In this document: positions 19,020-28,336 of the stretch, one piece after another
Layout: each line of letters starts with the position of its first letter
Position numbering within the stretch: position 1 is the stretch's first letter
Assembly: GCA_964387275.1 (NCBI GenBank)
Contig: CAYLVW010000001.1
Location: forward strand, 355,508-419,507
Direction: 5' to 3'
Origin: an uncultured Candidatus Saccharibacteria bacterium
GTDB lineage: Bacteria; Patescibacteriota; WWE3; UBA101185; UBA10185
DNA: 64,000 nt
Notes under the pieces: generated by a model
Told to the model about the DNA's origin: nothing
The model's database searches: none
Seen by the model: the letters and a program-made list of their open reading frames with translations, nothing else
Position numbers and translations under genes: made by a program

Positions 19020-20179
19020 TGGTTACTCCCTTAAACCTCGAGATTCTATATTGGGTACTGCTATTTATAGCACTACTTATCTTCTATTGGCTTTGGAACA
19101 AACTTAATAACCAATGGCAACAGGATAAATCTGAAGCAACAGGTATTGGTCAGGGAAGTGGATCCCAAGGATCTGGATCAAATTCCGGATCATCTGGTGA
19201 ATCTACAGATGGCCAAGGGCAGTCTACTAGTTCAGGTGAAAATGAGGACGATAATAAATCACTAAGTGATTACTTTGAACAGCTCAGAAAAGCACGTAAG
19301 AAATCTATGGTTGAAAAACTACGCGATGCTGCAAAAGATAAAGATTTGGCTGACTTTATTCAATCCCAAGCTGGCAAAGGCTCTAGCGACATAAGCACTT
19401 GGGATCCTGATAGAATGTATGAAGTTGCAGAAATGATAGGCGAAGATGTCTTAGACATGCTAATCACAAGTCAATCTAAACTTCCAATTAGTATGGATCT
19501 TACAAACAGAAAGAGCACTAAACTTGACGAAGTAAGATCGGGAGGAATCTTTAGGGATACAGCTAAGGTTAGAGGTCCCGAAGACTACCCAGATTTAACT
19601 ACTGAAGAATTAGCTCTTGATGACGATCATCTTTACACGAGAATCTCAACTGGAGAAGCTCGTAGGGTCCGTAGGTATGATCAAAAAGAAGAGATCGACG
19701 TTTTCGGTATGCTAAGAGATCGCTCAGGGTCAATGCAAACTAAGATGCCTCATTCGGGTGTTTCTAGAGATACATGGGCCCGTGGTGTAGTGCTAAGATT
19801 TGCAAGAGACGCAAGTAAAGGTAAAGTTAGGTTTTTCTTTAGAGATTTTGATGAAAGAGTTAAACCTATTCAAAGAGTCTATGGACCTAGTGATGTTTCA
19901 GGTTTTATTGATTATCTTGTAAGACACCCCGCTCCTGCGGATGCTGGAACTAATATCTTAAATGCTATCTCTAGAATGGTTAAAGATATTAAAGCAGATC
20001 CTTCCATAAAAATTAGAACTGCAGATATTGTTCTGATTTCGGATGGAGATGATGGTAGTGTTAGTGATGTTGATGGAGTAAGAGAGATCCTAGGTGATGT
20101 TAAGTTACACACTATCGTAATCGGCGGAAGTAATCCATATCTTAAGGCTGTTTCTACAACTTATAAGGAACTTCGCTAA
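19019..20179 (+). CDS. Membrane-anchored von Willebrand factor A (VWA) domain protein with Gly/Ser-rich low-complexity linker
   Basis: N-terminal TM helix. GSGSQGSGSNSGSSGE linker. MIDAS motif DRSGSM and downstream VLISDGDDG. Start overlaps the upstream stop (TAATGG). Confidence 0.7.
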   Translation: MVTPLNLEILYWVLLFIALLIFYWLWNKLNNQWQQDKSEATGIGQGSGSQGSGSNSGSSGESTDGQGQSTSSGENEDDNKSLSDYFEQLRKARKKSMVEKLRDAAKDKDLADFIQSQAGKGSSDISTWDPDRMYEVAEMIGEDVLDMLITSQSKLPISMDLTNRKSTKLDEVRSGGIFRDTAKVRGPEDYPDLTTEELALDDDHLYTRISTGEARRVRRYDQKEEIDVFGMLRDRSGSMQTKMPHSGVSRDTWARGVVLRFARDASKGKVRFFFRDFDERVKPIQRVYGPSDVSGFIDYLVRHPAPADAGTNILNAISRMVKDIKADPSIKIRTADIVLISDGDDGSVSDVDGVREILGDVKLHTIVIGGSNPYLKAVSTTYKELR

Positions 20180-20194
20180 CTCACATATTCTTAA

Positions 20195-20237
20195 AGCCCC
20201 ATACACCAAATTAATGGTTTATGGGGCCTTTTTTTAT
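20195..20237 (+). terminator. Rho-independent terminator
   Basis: AGCCCCATA...TATGGGGCC hairpin followed by TTTTTTT. Confidence 0.6.
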
Positions 20238-20332
20238 GTCTAATCATCGTTCAAATTCAGATTTGTTCAAATACCAACCCTATAGTATAATTTGCAAGTT
20301 CGTTGAGAACTCAATAGTGCCAAGGAGCAATT

Positions 20333-21739
20333 GTGAAAGCTGAAACCCTGCACATTAGACTAGCAAATATGGCAGCGCGATCTAGATTTATGACTGGTCT
20401 TGCTATTGTTACACTTATCGCAGCTTATCTTGGATTACATATCTTTGTCGACAGTTTTGACTGGACCTACAAGGGATATGGTTTTCTTATTTGGGCAGTT
20501 TTTCTGGTGCAATTTATATTTGCATGGGTTGTTACAGGATTTTTTGTACCTATCTTAAAGTCTCAAAAGGGAGTTCATGATATCAGTACTGTAAATGATA
20601 TGTACAGAATACGTGCAGGTAGATTGATTGACAGTGTTGCAGAAACAACGGGATATAACAAGGAAGTTCATAGACTTATTGTAAATGATACTACCCCTAA
20701 TGCGTTTGCAGCAGGCACAGGATCATCCACGTGTGTTGCGCTTAACTCAGGGCTTCTTAATATTTTGGATGACGATGAAGTAGAAGGGGTTATTGCTCAC
20801 GAATTTGGGCATCTTAAAAATAATGATATTTTCATTACGTTATTTGCTACAAGTTTGGTGGGTGCTTTTATCATTATCGGTCGCTTTATCATGAACGCGG
20901 GTATTTACAACCCTAAATCTTCCAAGAAAAATAACAGTTGGGTGTTGATTGCTCTTGGATTTGCCATTATGGCTTTTGGCTATATTTTTGCTCCTATTCT
21001 CACTGCTTTTATCAGTAGACAGCGAGAAAATCTGGCTGATCTTTATGCAAGTAGTTACGGGTATGGTGAAGGCCTTAAGAAAGCGCTGGCCAAGCTAGCT
21101 GCTTACAAGGGTAAAACTAAGCCAATTGTTGAAAATGCTGCTAGTCTTTATATCAACCAGCCTGTGACTGATTTTATTGGAAGTATATTTTCTACCCACC
21201 CCCCTATTGCAACTAGAATCAGCAATATTGATAATTTTATGAGCTCCGATGAAGGTAGGATTCCGGATACGCTTGAAAGTATTTTGAAAAGCTTTATTAC
21301 GTGGGTAGTCGTTCCTGCTACTGGTGCAATTGTAATGGCGTTTTCAGGTAAGTTTACGGATCTTTCAGGTATTTTTGGGATTCCTTATGTTTACTTGGCT
21401 TCTGTAATGTGGTTACTTGCTGTAAGCACACTGGTGGGCTCTGTGTCCACTAATTATTCTAAGTCAATATCGAATTGGATTCTCATTGCAGCTGGGTTTG
21501 TTTATCTCCTCGCATTTTGGGCAAGTGGTATGGTTGCAGTTAATCTTGGAAGCGAGTTGGGAGGTATTTTCGCAACAGTTGTTGCAACAATTATGTTTTG
21601 GGCTTGGGCAGTAAAACCAGCTACAGCAATGTTAGGACAGTATTTTGGTATTATGTCACTCGCTAGTGACTTTACGAATTACGCATCTTACATCTACGCT
21701 GTAAGCATTTTGGTGACTTTGGGGCTTAGATTCTTCTAG
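20333..21739 (+). CDS. Peptidase M48 (HtpX-like) membrane zinc metalloprotease with extended C-terminal multi-TM region
   Basis: HEFGH (HExxH) in VIAHEFGHLKNND, flanked by TM helices. GTG start after AAGGAGC. Confidence 0.7.
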   Translation: MKAETLHIRLANMAARSRFMTGLAIVTLIAAYLGLHIFVDSFDWTYKGYGFLIWAVFLVQFIFAWVVTGFFVPILKSQKGVHDISTVNDMYRIRAGRLIDSVAETTGYNKEVHRLIVNDTTPNAFAAGTGSSTCVALNSGLLNILDDDEVEGVIAHEFGHLKNNDIFITLFATSLVGAFIIIGRFIMNAGIYNPKSSKKNNSWVLIALGFAIMAFGYIFAPILTAFISRQRENLADLYASSYGYGEGLKKALAKLAAYKGKTKPIVENAASLYINQPVTDFIGSIFSTHPPIATRISNIDNFMSSDEGRIPDTLESILKSFITWVVVPATGAIVMAFSGKFTDLSGIFGIPYVYLASVMWLLAVSTLVGSVSTNYSKSISNWILIAAGFVYLLAFWASGMVAVNLGSELGGIFATVVATIMFWAWAVKPATAMLGQYFGIMSLASDFTNYASYIYAVSILVTLGLRFF

Positions 21740-21744
21740 TGTCC

Positions 21745-21792
21745 CTATGGGGCTTCATTTGTGATTTATCACAATTGAGGCCCTTTTTTGTT
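21745..21792. terminator. Bidirectional hairpin terminator between convergent genes
   Basis: Imperfect inverted repeat GGGGCTTCATTTGTGAT...ATCACAATTGAGGCCC followed by TTTTTTG. Confidence 0.4.
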
Positions 21793-21829
21793 TAGTTTAC
21801 TGTGATATATAGGATAAGTAGGTGACAGA

Positions 21830-23014
21830 CTAGTTAAAACTTCCCACTACGCGTATAGCTTCTTCTACAGTAGTTTCGCCTGCAAGAACTTTGGCTAAAG
21901 CACTACTGCCCAAACTCCTAACTCCTTTTGCCTTAAGAATTTCTTGCAAATTAGGTAGTGACGAATCAGTCATAATAAGTTTTTTTAACTCGTCATCAAT
22001 CTCTACAATCTCAAAAATACCAGTTCTTCCAAGATATCCGCTGTTCATACACTTATCGCATCCCATTCCTTTAAAATAAATCTGATCTGCAGCTACGAGA
22101 TTTCCTAGATATGTTTTTTCAAGATCTGTTGGATAGTAAGGTTGTTTACAAGATGGACATATCTTTCTTACAAGTCTTGAAGCTACAATTCCTGTAAGGG
22201 CATTTGCAACAACAGAAGGAGGAACCTGCATCTCAAGAAGCCTTGCAACAGCAGCTCGGATATTTAGAGTGTGTATGGTGGAAAAAACTAACCTACCTGT
22301 TAGTGATACTTGAGCTGCAATTTGAGCAGACTCTGTATCCCTTATTTCCCCTAACATAACTACATCTGGATCTTGTCTTAATATTGACTTCATAGCTCGT
22401 GCAAAGGTGTATTCACTATCGGAACTCACTTGAGATTGTCTTGTACCATCCATAAGAAATTCAACAGGATCCTCTATCGTAATAATATTTACGCTTTGCT
22501 TATTTAAAACATTAAGCACAGAGTACATTAAACTGGTTTTTCCCGAACCGCTGGGGCCTGTTACCAAAATTATCCCAAATGGGCTCTTAATTAGTTTATT
22601 AATTAAATTAAACTGTTCAGGATCAAAACCAAATTCTCTAAGATCAAAAATTACACTATCCTTATTAAGAATTCTAAGGACAATGGACTCACCATACACT
22701 GAAGGAAATGTAGAAATCCTAAAATTGTATGTAGACATCTTATTTGAAACCTCAAAACTCCCATCCTGGGGTGTTCGGTGCTCAGTAATGTCAAGTTTAG
22801 ACATAACTTTCATGGTGGATGCAATTGGTTTATACAAGTCTCTAGGTAATTTAGAAACTTCGTATAAAACCCCGTCAATTCTAAAACGTACTGAAACATG
22901 ATTTCTTCCAGGATCCATATGAATATCACTTGCGTTTTTTTCTATGGCATCTGAAAGCATTTGCTCAAGCATTTTGGTAACTCTTGCGTCTTGTGAGATA
23001 TTCTGTTCGGGCAT
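21830..23014 (-). CDS. Type II/IV secretion system ATPase (GspE/PilB family), short form
   Basis: Walker A LVTGPSGSGKTS. Tetracysteine CPSC...CDKC zinc motif typical of PilB/GspE. Has the GspE ATPase core but lacks long N-terminal domains. Confidence 0.8.
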   Translation of the reverse strand: MPEQNISQDARVTKMLEQMLSDAIEKNASDIHMDPGRNHVSVRFRIDGVLYEVSKLPRDLYKPIASTMKVMSKLDITEHRTPQDGSFEVSNKMSTYNFRISTFPSVYGESIVLRILNKDSVIFDLREFGFDPEQFNLINKLIKSPFGIILVTGPSGSGKTSLMYSVLNVLNKQSVNIITIEDPVEFLMDGTRQSQVSSDSEYTFARAMKSILRQDPDVVMLGEIRDTESAQIAAQVSLTGRLVFSTIHTLNIRAAVARLLEMQVPPSVVANALTGIVASRLVRKICPSCKQPYYPTDLEKTYLGNLVAADQIYFKGMGCDKCMNSGYLGRTGIFEIVEIDDELKKLIMTDSSLPNLQEILKAKGVRSLGSSALAKVLAGETTVEEAIRVVGSFN

Positions 23015-23175
23015 TATTAATATCGTAGCATAAAATGAACGGACTGAGGACTAAGGCTAAGAGTTATTTTTAGTAGTTAGATTTAACAATATTCTGTTTA
23101 GTTTAGTATCAAAACTTATCGTGAAATTCTAATAATAAGATAGGAAATAACAACCTAAGTTGGTATTATTTAAAC

Positions 23176-23679
23176 ATGTTAAAAAAACCTAGAAGAATTA
23201 GCTGGGAAAAGTTTTGGTTTTTGCTATCAATGATGTACTCCTCAAGAGGTACATGCGACAGATTAAAAGTTGCGTGCTTATTGGTAAACAATAATAGGCT
23301 TGTAGGAGCAGGGTACAATGGATCACCGTCAGGATTACCTCATTGTGATGATGTGGGGCACTTGCTAATAGATGGACACTGCGAAAGAACATTGCACGCC
23401 GAGGAAAATGCAATTATTAATAGTGAGAGATCTAACATAAAAAATAGTGTCGCCTACATCACAGCTACACCTTGTATTAGATGCGCAAAATTACTTATAA
23501 ATTCAGGTGTTAAAGAAATTAAATGCCTTGGTACTTACAAAAACTCCAGAGGCAAAAATCATTTAGAAGATTTATTAAAACAAGCAAAAATCAAACTAAC
23601 TTATTCAAAGTTAAAACCACAAGAACTTATCGATAGTGCTGTGGTTTCTTTAAAATCTCAAGGCGGTTTGTTGACTTAG
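23176..23679 (+). CDS. dCMP/cytidine deaminase family zinc enzyme (ComEB-like dCMP deaminase)
   Basis: HAEENAI and PCIRCAKLL, the H(A/C)E...PCxxC zinc-binding motifs. Confidence 0.75.
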   Translation: MLKKPRRISWEKFWFLLSMMYSSRGTCDRLKVACLLVNNNRLVGAGYNGSPSGLPHCDDVGHLLIDGHCERTLHAEENAIINSERSNIKNSVAYITATPCIRCAKLLINSGVKEIKCLGTYKNSRGKNHLEDLLKQAKIKLTYSKLKPQELIDSAVVSLKSQGGLLT

Positions 23680-23714
23680 CATATTACATCAAGCACTGGT
23701 ATAATGCCCTAGTT

Positions 23715-24524
23715 ATGAAAAATTTTGATGATGTAGTAAGCAATATAAATAGATCTAGAATTAATGTGCCTGTAGACCACAACCCTTTAGTTAAAAAGGT
23801 ACTTGAACAGGTAAATTCTAATGAGGAAATTAAAACTCTCTGGCACTGTATAAATGTTAATGCAATAGATAGGTTAGAAATGACCGATCATGGGCCTGTA
23901 CATTTTCAAATAGTTTCAAACATTGCCCTTAAGCTTACAAGACTTCTAAATAAGCACTCAGTACAACTCTCTGTGGAAAAGGATCACGGTCTTTCTTATG
24001 AGCATGGGGAGCTTGTGGTTGTGCTTGCGAGTCTTTTTCATGATCTTGGTATGTCTATAAACAGAGAGGGACATGAAGAATTTAGTTTAATTGTTGCAAG
24101 CAAGATAATAGACGATGTCTTAAGCTTTATGCCTATAGTAGAAAAAACGATAGTTAAATCTGAAGCACTACATGCAATAATCAGCCACAGGTCCGGAGGC
24201 AGACCCTACACTATAGAAGCAGGAATAGTAAGAGTTGCTGACGCGCTTGACATGGCTGAAGGAAGATCCAGATTAACGTATGAGACAGGTATTGTAAATA
24301 TGCATTCACTTTCTCATGCTGCCATCGACTCTGTAGATATTGAAGAGGGAACTGAAAAACCAATTAAAATCCAAATTAATATGAATAACTCTTCAGGACT
24401 TTTTCAGGTAGATGAACTACTAAATAAAAAAGTAAGAGGATCTGGTCTTGAAAAATATATTAGTGTGAAAGCCTTAATATCAAGGGATACAGAAGAAAGC
24501 CTACTTAAGGAATTTATTTTCTAA
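23715..24524 (+). CDS. HD-domain phosphohydrolase family protein
   Basis: H...HD signature (VHFQ ... LFHDLGM). Confidence 0.5.
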   Translation: MKNFDDVVSNINRSRINVPVDHNPLVKKVLEQVNSNEEIKTLWHCINVNAIDRLEMTDHGPVHFQIVSNIALKLTRLLNKHSVQLSVEKDHGLSYEHGELVVVLASLFHDLGMSINREGHEEFSLIVASKIIDDVLSFMPIVEKTIVKSEALHAIISHRSGGRPYTIEAGIVRVADALDMAEGRSRLTYETGIVNMHSLSHAAIDSVDIEEGTEKPIKIQINMNNSSGLFQVDELLNKKVRGSGLEKYISVKALISRDTEESLLKEFIF

Positions 24525-24612
24525 AACTGTACCTACTTATCCAACCAACATAAGTTAATCCTAAAGATAGTTAACTCTGGTAGTTTTAATTAAAAACTTA
24601 TAGAATCAATTT

Positions 24613-25494
24613 ATGCCCATTAGAAATCTGTTCATGTTGCCATTTGATCACCGAGCGTCTTTTTCAAGAGATCTTCTTAAAATTACAGGTCAACTAGACT
24701 CGAATCAAACTCAAAAAATTGCAAAACTTAAGAACCTTATCTTTCTAGCCTTTCTGAATACTTATGCTAAGTATAGAAATGATAATTTTGCGATATTGGT
24801 TGACGAGCAGTTCGGTGGAGAAGTAATAAGAGGGTGCAAAGAGTTCGGAATAGAATTTGCCACATCCGTAGAAAAAAGTGGTCAAAAGATTTTTGATTTT
24901 GAATACGGCACTGATTACCAAAAACATTTAACAAAAATTAACCCTAATTATGCAAAAGTGCTTGTACGATATCACCCAGAAAATGTACAAGATAATGAAA
25001 TACAACTAAAAAGGCTGGTTGATCTGAGTACTTTTTGTGAGAAAAAGGATATAAAGCTTCTTTTTGAGCTTTTACTTAATCCAAGCGATAAAGACATCGA
25101 AAAAGCAGGCTCAAGAGAAAATTTTGACAATATGTACAGGGCGGATTTGATGAAGCAAGCGGTAAGGGAAGTAAGATCAGTACTAAAACCCACTATATGG
25201 AAACTTGAGGGAATGAATAGCCATGAAGAATGGGATAAGATCCTATCGGTCTTAAGCCCAGAAGAAAAAATAATAGTTTTAGGGAGAGGGGAAAACAAAG
25301 AAAATGTAAGCAAGTGGCTAGATATAGCTGCAAAAAAACCAAACATTGTAGGATTTGCCATAGGAAGGACAATATTTTATAACCCTCTTAAAAAATACTT
25401 AGCAAAAGAAATTAGTGAAAGCTCATGTGTGTCAGAAATAGCTAGCAATTTTGAGGAATTTATTGTTGAATGGAAAAACTTTAAGTCTCTCTAA
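24613..25494 (+). CDS. Hypothetical protein, possibly aldolase-like TIM barrel (DUF2090/LacD-like)
   Basis: N-terminal FMLPFDHR resembles the class I aldolase (LacD/DUF2090) motif. The assignment is weak. Confidence 0.3.
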   Translation: MPIRNLFMLPFDHRASFSRDLLKITGQLDSNQTQKIAKLKNLIFLAFLNTYAKYRNDNFAILVDEQFGGEVIRGCKEFGIEFATSVEKSGQKIFDFEYGTDYQKHLTKINPNYAKVLVRYHPENVQDNEIQLKRLVDLSTFCEKKDIKLLFELLLNPSDKDIEKAGSRENFDNMYRADLMKQAVREVRSVLKPTIWKLEGMNSHEEWDKILSVLSPEEKIIVLGRGENKENVSKWLDIAAKKPNIVGFAIGRTIFYNPLKKYLAKEISESSCVSEIASNFEEFIVEWKNFKSL

Positions 25495-25499
25495 ATATA

Positions 25500-27446
25500 A
25501 TGAATGATGCATTTACGGAACTATTCAAAGATGTAATAAAAGGTCTTAGGAAGTACTACCTAGTATTCTCTCTGACAATTTTACTTCTAGCCTTTTCATC
25601 AAGTTTTTATCCTGTACTAAATATACCTCTATATATTATAGTTACAGTCTTTTTGATGGGTTATTTAAGATATTCTACGATGCACAAAAAAAAGATACGA
25701 CTCTTACTAATCCTTCATCTAACTTTATTAATGTTTATTGGGCTACAAAATAGCAATACAACTATTAGTTTTTATATGTCTGGTGTGTTTTTAGTAGTTA
25801 TATATGTGGAATCAAAAATTTCTATAGTTAAATCTCCTGATGCAATATATAAACTTCTAAAAAGTAAATTTCCAGAATCTGCCAACAAATTAGTCAACTT
25901 TAAAATTGAGAATGTACTAGTGGATAAGCTAGTGAATGGAGATGTTGTTGTAGTCAATGCCGGAGAGATTATTCCAGTAGACGGTGTAATAGAAAGCGGA
26001 ACTTCTAGTGTTGATGAGTCCGGTTTAACTGGCGATTTTATCTACAAAGAGAAGTCCCCAGGCTCAGAAGTAGTAGCGGGATCTATAAATAAACTTACTA
26101 CTATACAAATAAAAATAATAAAAGATCCATCCTTATGGTTAAAAAATATAATATTATCACTTGTTTCTGAGAAACGCCCCCACGCTTATTTAATAGACAG
26201 CTTCGATAAATTATATCTGCCAAATATGCTGGTTTACATAGTAGTCACTATATTTGTAACTCTTTATGTGCTACTTGCTCTTGACAAAATACATTTAAAT
26301 TCTCTATGGTATTCGGTAATTTCATTTCCACTAGGGTTATATTTTATCTTCATATTTTCTATTGAACACTTTACTAAAGCTTTGTCAAAAGAGGGATATC
26401 AAATAAATAATTTCTACTCATTTCTGCTTTCATCCGCAACTAAATCAGTTGTTTTTGGTAAATCTGGTATCTTGGTTGATAGTGTTGCAGAAGTATTGGA
26501 AATGAAAACTTTTGACACAAAACTTCAAAGGTATACTCTAAACTCGATACTAGAAATTGTTTACGTTGTAGTAAGAAAATCGAAACATGACTATTCTGAC
26601 GCAATAATTAAGTACATAAACAATAGAGTCACAAGCGTAGATAACGAAATAAGCCTATCTGAATACAAAGAGGTAATAGGAGAGGGTATTACGTGTTATG
26701 CCGATTCTATAAAGGTTATGATTGGTAACTATAAACTCTGTGAGAATAATCTTATATTTGTTCCTATAAAAGTCAGAGAGTTTGTTGAAGAGATAGAGTC
26801 CTATAAAGGAGAAGCAGTTTTTATTGTATTTAACAAAGAAGTAGTAGCTGTGTTCGCAATTACCAATTTATCAAAATCAGAACTCTCAAGTACTATAGAT
26901 AAAATTAAAGAATATGGAATAAAAACTGTACTAATTACCGGTGATAACCAAGAAAACGCCCAAAAAATATTTAATCGATATAAACTCGAAGATTATTATT
27001 ACGGTGTAACCCCAAGAGATAAGGCAGAAAAAGTATCAGTTATAAAACAAAAATACGGTAATGGTATTACACTTGCTGTTGGTGACTCCTTTAGTGATAT
27101 AGGAGCATTAATTGAGGCTGATCTATCACTTTCTTTAAAAAGTTCGGCGGAAATTGTCCAAACAGTATCAAGTGTTATACTGCCAACAGATTCTATAGAA
27201 CGCATTGAAGAGCTGATAAATTATGGGTATTTCACAAGATACAGTATTATGAGAAACCTTTGGATTAACTTAACAGCATACCCACTTATAGTGTTCATAA
27301 GCACTATGCTTAATATAGATAGTGTATTTCCACTTTTATATAGTCTACTCACAGTCCCTGTAGCTTACTTAATCAGTTTATATACAAGCAATCTTATTAT
27401 CAAAAAACAGAACTTGACCGCAATGAACACCGCACTAAAGTCGTAG
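25500..27446 (+). CDS. P-type ATPase homolog with degenerate catalytic motifs (likely non-phosphorylatable pseudo-ATPase)
   Basis: Actuator-like domain VVNAGEIIPVDGVIESGTSSVDESGLTGDF and TGDN and GD..D-like motifs are kept. The phosphorylation site DKTGT is replaced by GKSGI. There is no CPC/APC transmembrane metal site. Confidence 0.6.
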   Translation: MNDAFTELFKDVIKGLRKYYLVFSLTILLLAFSSSFYPVLNIPLYIIVTVFLMGYLRYSTMHKKKIRLLLILHLTLLMFIGLQNSNTTISFYMSGVFLVVIYVESKISIVKSPDAIYKLLKSKFPESANKLVNFKIENVLVDKLVNGDVVVVNAGEIIPVDGVIESGTSSVDESGLTGDFIYKEKSPGSEVVAGSINKLTTIQIKIIKDPSLWLKNIILSLVSEKRPHAYLIDSFDKLYLPNMLVYIVVTIFVTLYVLLALDKIHLNSLWYSVISFPLGLYFIFIFSIEHFTKALSKEGYQINNFYSFLLSSATKSVVFGKSGILVDSVAEVLEMKTFDTKLQRYTLNSILEIVYVVVRKSKHDYSDAIIKYINNRVTSVDNEISLSEYKEVIGEGITCYADSIKVMIGNYKLCENNLIFVPIKVREFVEEIESYKGEAVFIVFNKEVVAVFAITNLSKSELSSTIDKIKEYGIKTVLITGDNQENAQKIFNRYKLEDYYYGVTPRDKAEKVSVIKQKYGNGITLAVGDSFSDIGALIEADLSLSLKSSAEIVQTVSSVILPTDSIERIEELINYGYFTRYSIMRNLWINLTAYPLIVFISTMLNIDSVFPLLYSLLTVPVAYLISLYTSNLIIKKQNLTAMNTALKS

Positions 27447-27484
27447 TTATTGACTTTAACTTAATTTTCAACGAATATAAAACT

Positions 27485-28243
27485 ATGCCTACACAAAAAA
27501 CAAAACCACTAATATTATCTAAAAGATTTCTATTTGTCTTTGCTGCTTCAGCTTTTTTGGTATGGACAATCTATGCACTAGCAGATATGAGATGGGGTAC
27601 TGTTAAACTTGGATCCGAAAAAACAATTACAGTTATAGGATCTTCATCAGAACAGCAAAATAATCAAATTGCATCTTTCACAACTACTATAACAGCAACT
27701 AATGAAGATAAATCTCTTGCATATGAGGAGGCTAATACGAGAATGAGTGACCTAATTGATTCGATAAAAGCCTTTGGAGTAGATGCAAAGGATTTGAAAA
27801 CAACCTACGTAAATGTATTTCAACAAGAAGAACCTTACTTAGAAAATGGTGTACAAAAATACAAACCAACTCAGTGGAGAGCCAGTCTTTCTCTTGAAAT
27901 AAAATTAAGAGATGTTACAAGGGTACAAGATCTCACTACTTTACTAACTGATAAAAATGCCGGCGATTTGTATGGACCAAATTATGCAACAGATGACTCT
28001 ATGAATAATGATAGTAATAATCTTATGATGTCGGCACTGGCTAATGCCAGAACTAAAGCCGAAACTATTGCAAAGTCTCAAAACACTAAAATTAAGGGAG
28101 TTCTTAGTGTAGTGGAAGGCTACAATACCTCAAATTACCCTGTTTACGGTTTAGAAAAGGCCATGGGAGGTGGTGGGTCAGGTTTTGAACCCGGCACTAC
28201 TGAAGTGTCTAAGTCTGTAACCGTAACCTACATTGTCGAGTAA
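27485..28243 (+). CDS. SIMPL/DUF541-family secreted protein (periplasmic immunogenic protein-like)
   Basis: N-terminal signal/TM helix. Internal repeat architecture and motifs resemble the SIMPL domain. Confidence 0.4.
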   Translation: MPTQKTKPLILSKRFLFVFAASAFLVWTIYALADMRWGTVKLGSEKTITVIGSSSEQQNNQIASFTTTITATNEDKSLAYEEANTRMSDLIDSIKAFGVDAKDLKTTYVNVFQQEEPYLENGVQKYKPTQWRASLSLEIKLRDVTRVQDLTTLLTDKNAGDLYGPNYATDDSMNNDSNNLMMSALANARTKAETIAKSQNTKIKGVLSVVEGYNTSNYPVYGLEKAMGGGGSGFEPGTTEVSKSVTVTYIVE

Positions 28244-28273
28244 TCGGGATGTAGTTATAGCAAACCCAACTTG

Positions 28274-28305
28274 AAAAGGGCGGGCCTACGGCCCGCCCTT
28301 TTCTT
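28274..28305. terminator. Bidirectional rho-independent terminator
   Basis: GGGCGGGCC-TAC-GGCCCGCCC hairpin flanked by A-run and T-run. Serves convergent genes 27485(+) and leuS(-). Confidence 0.7.
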
Positions 28306-28336
28306 ATCAAAAAAAAAATAGAAAAACTGCAAGAAA

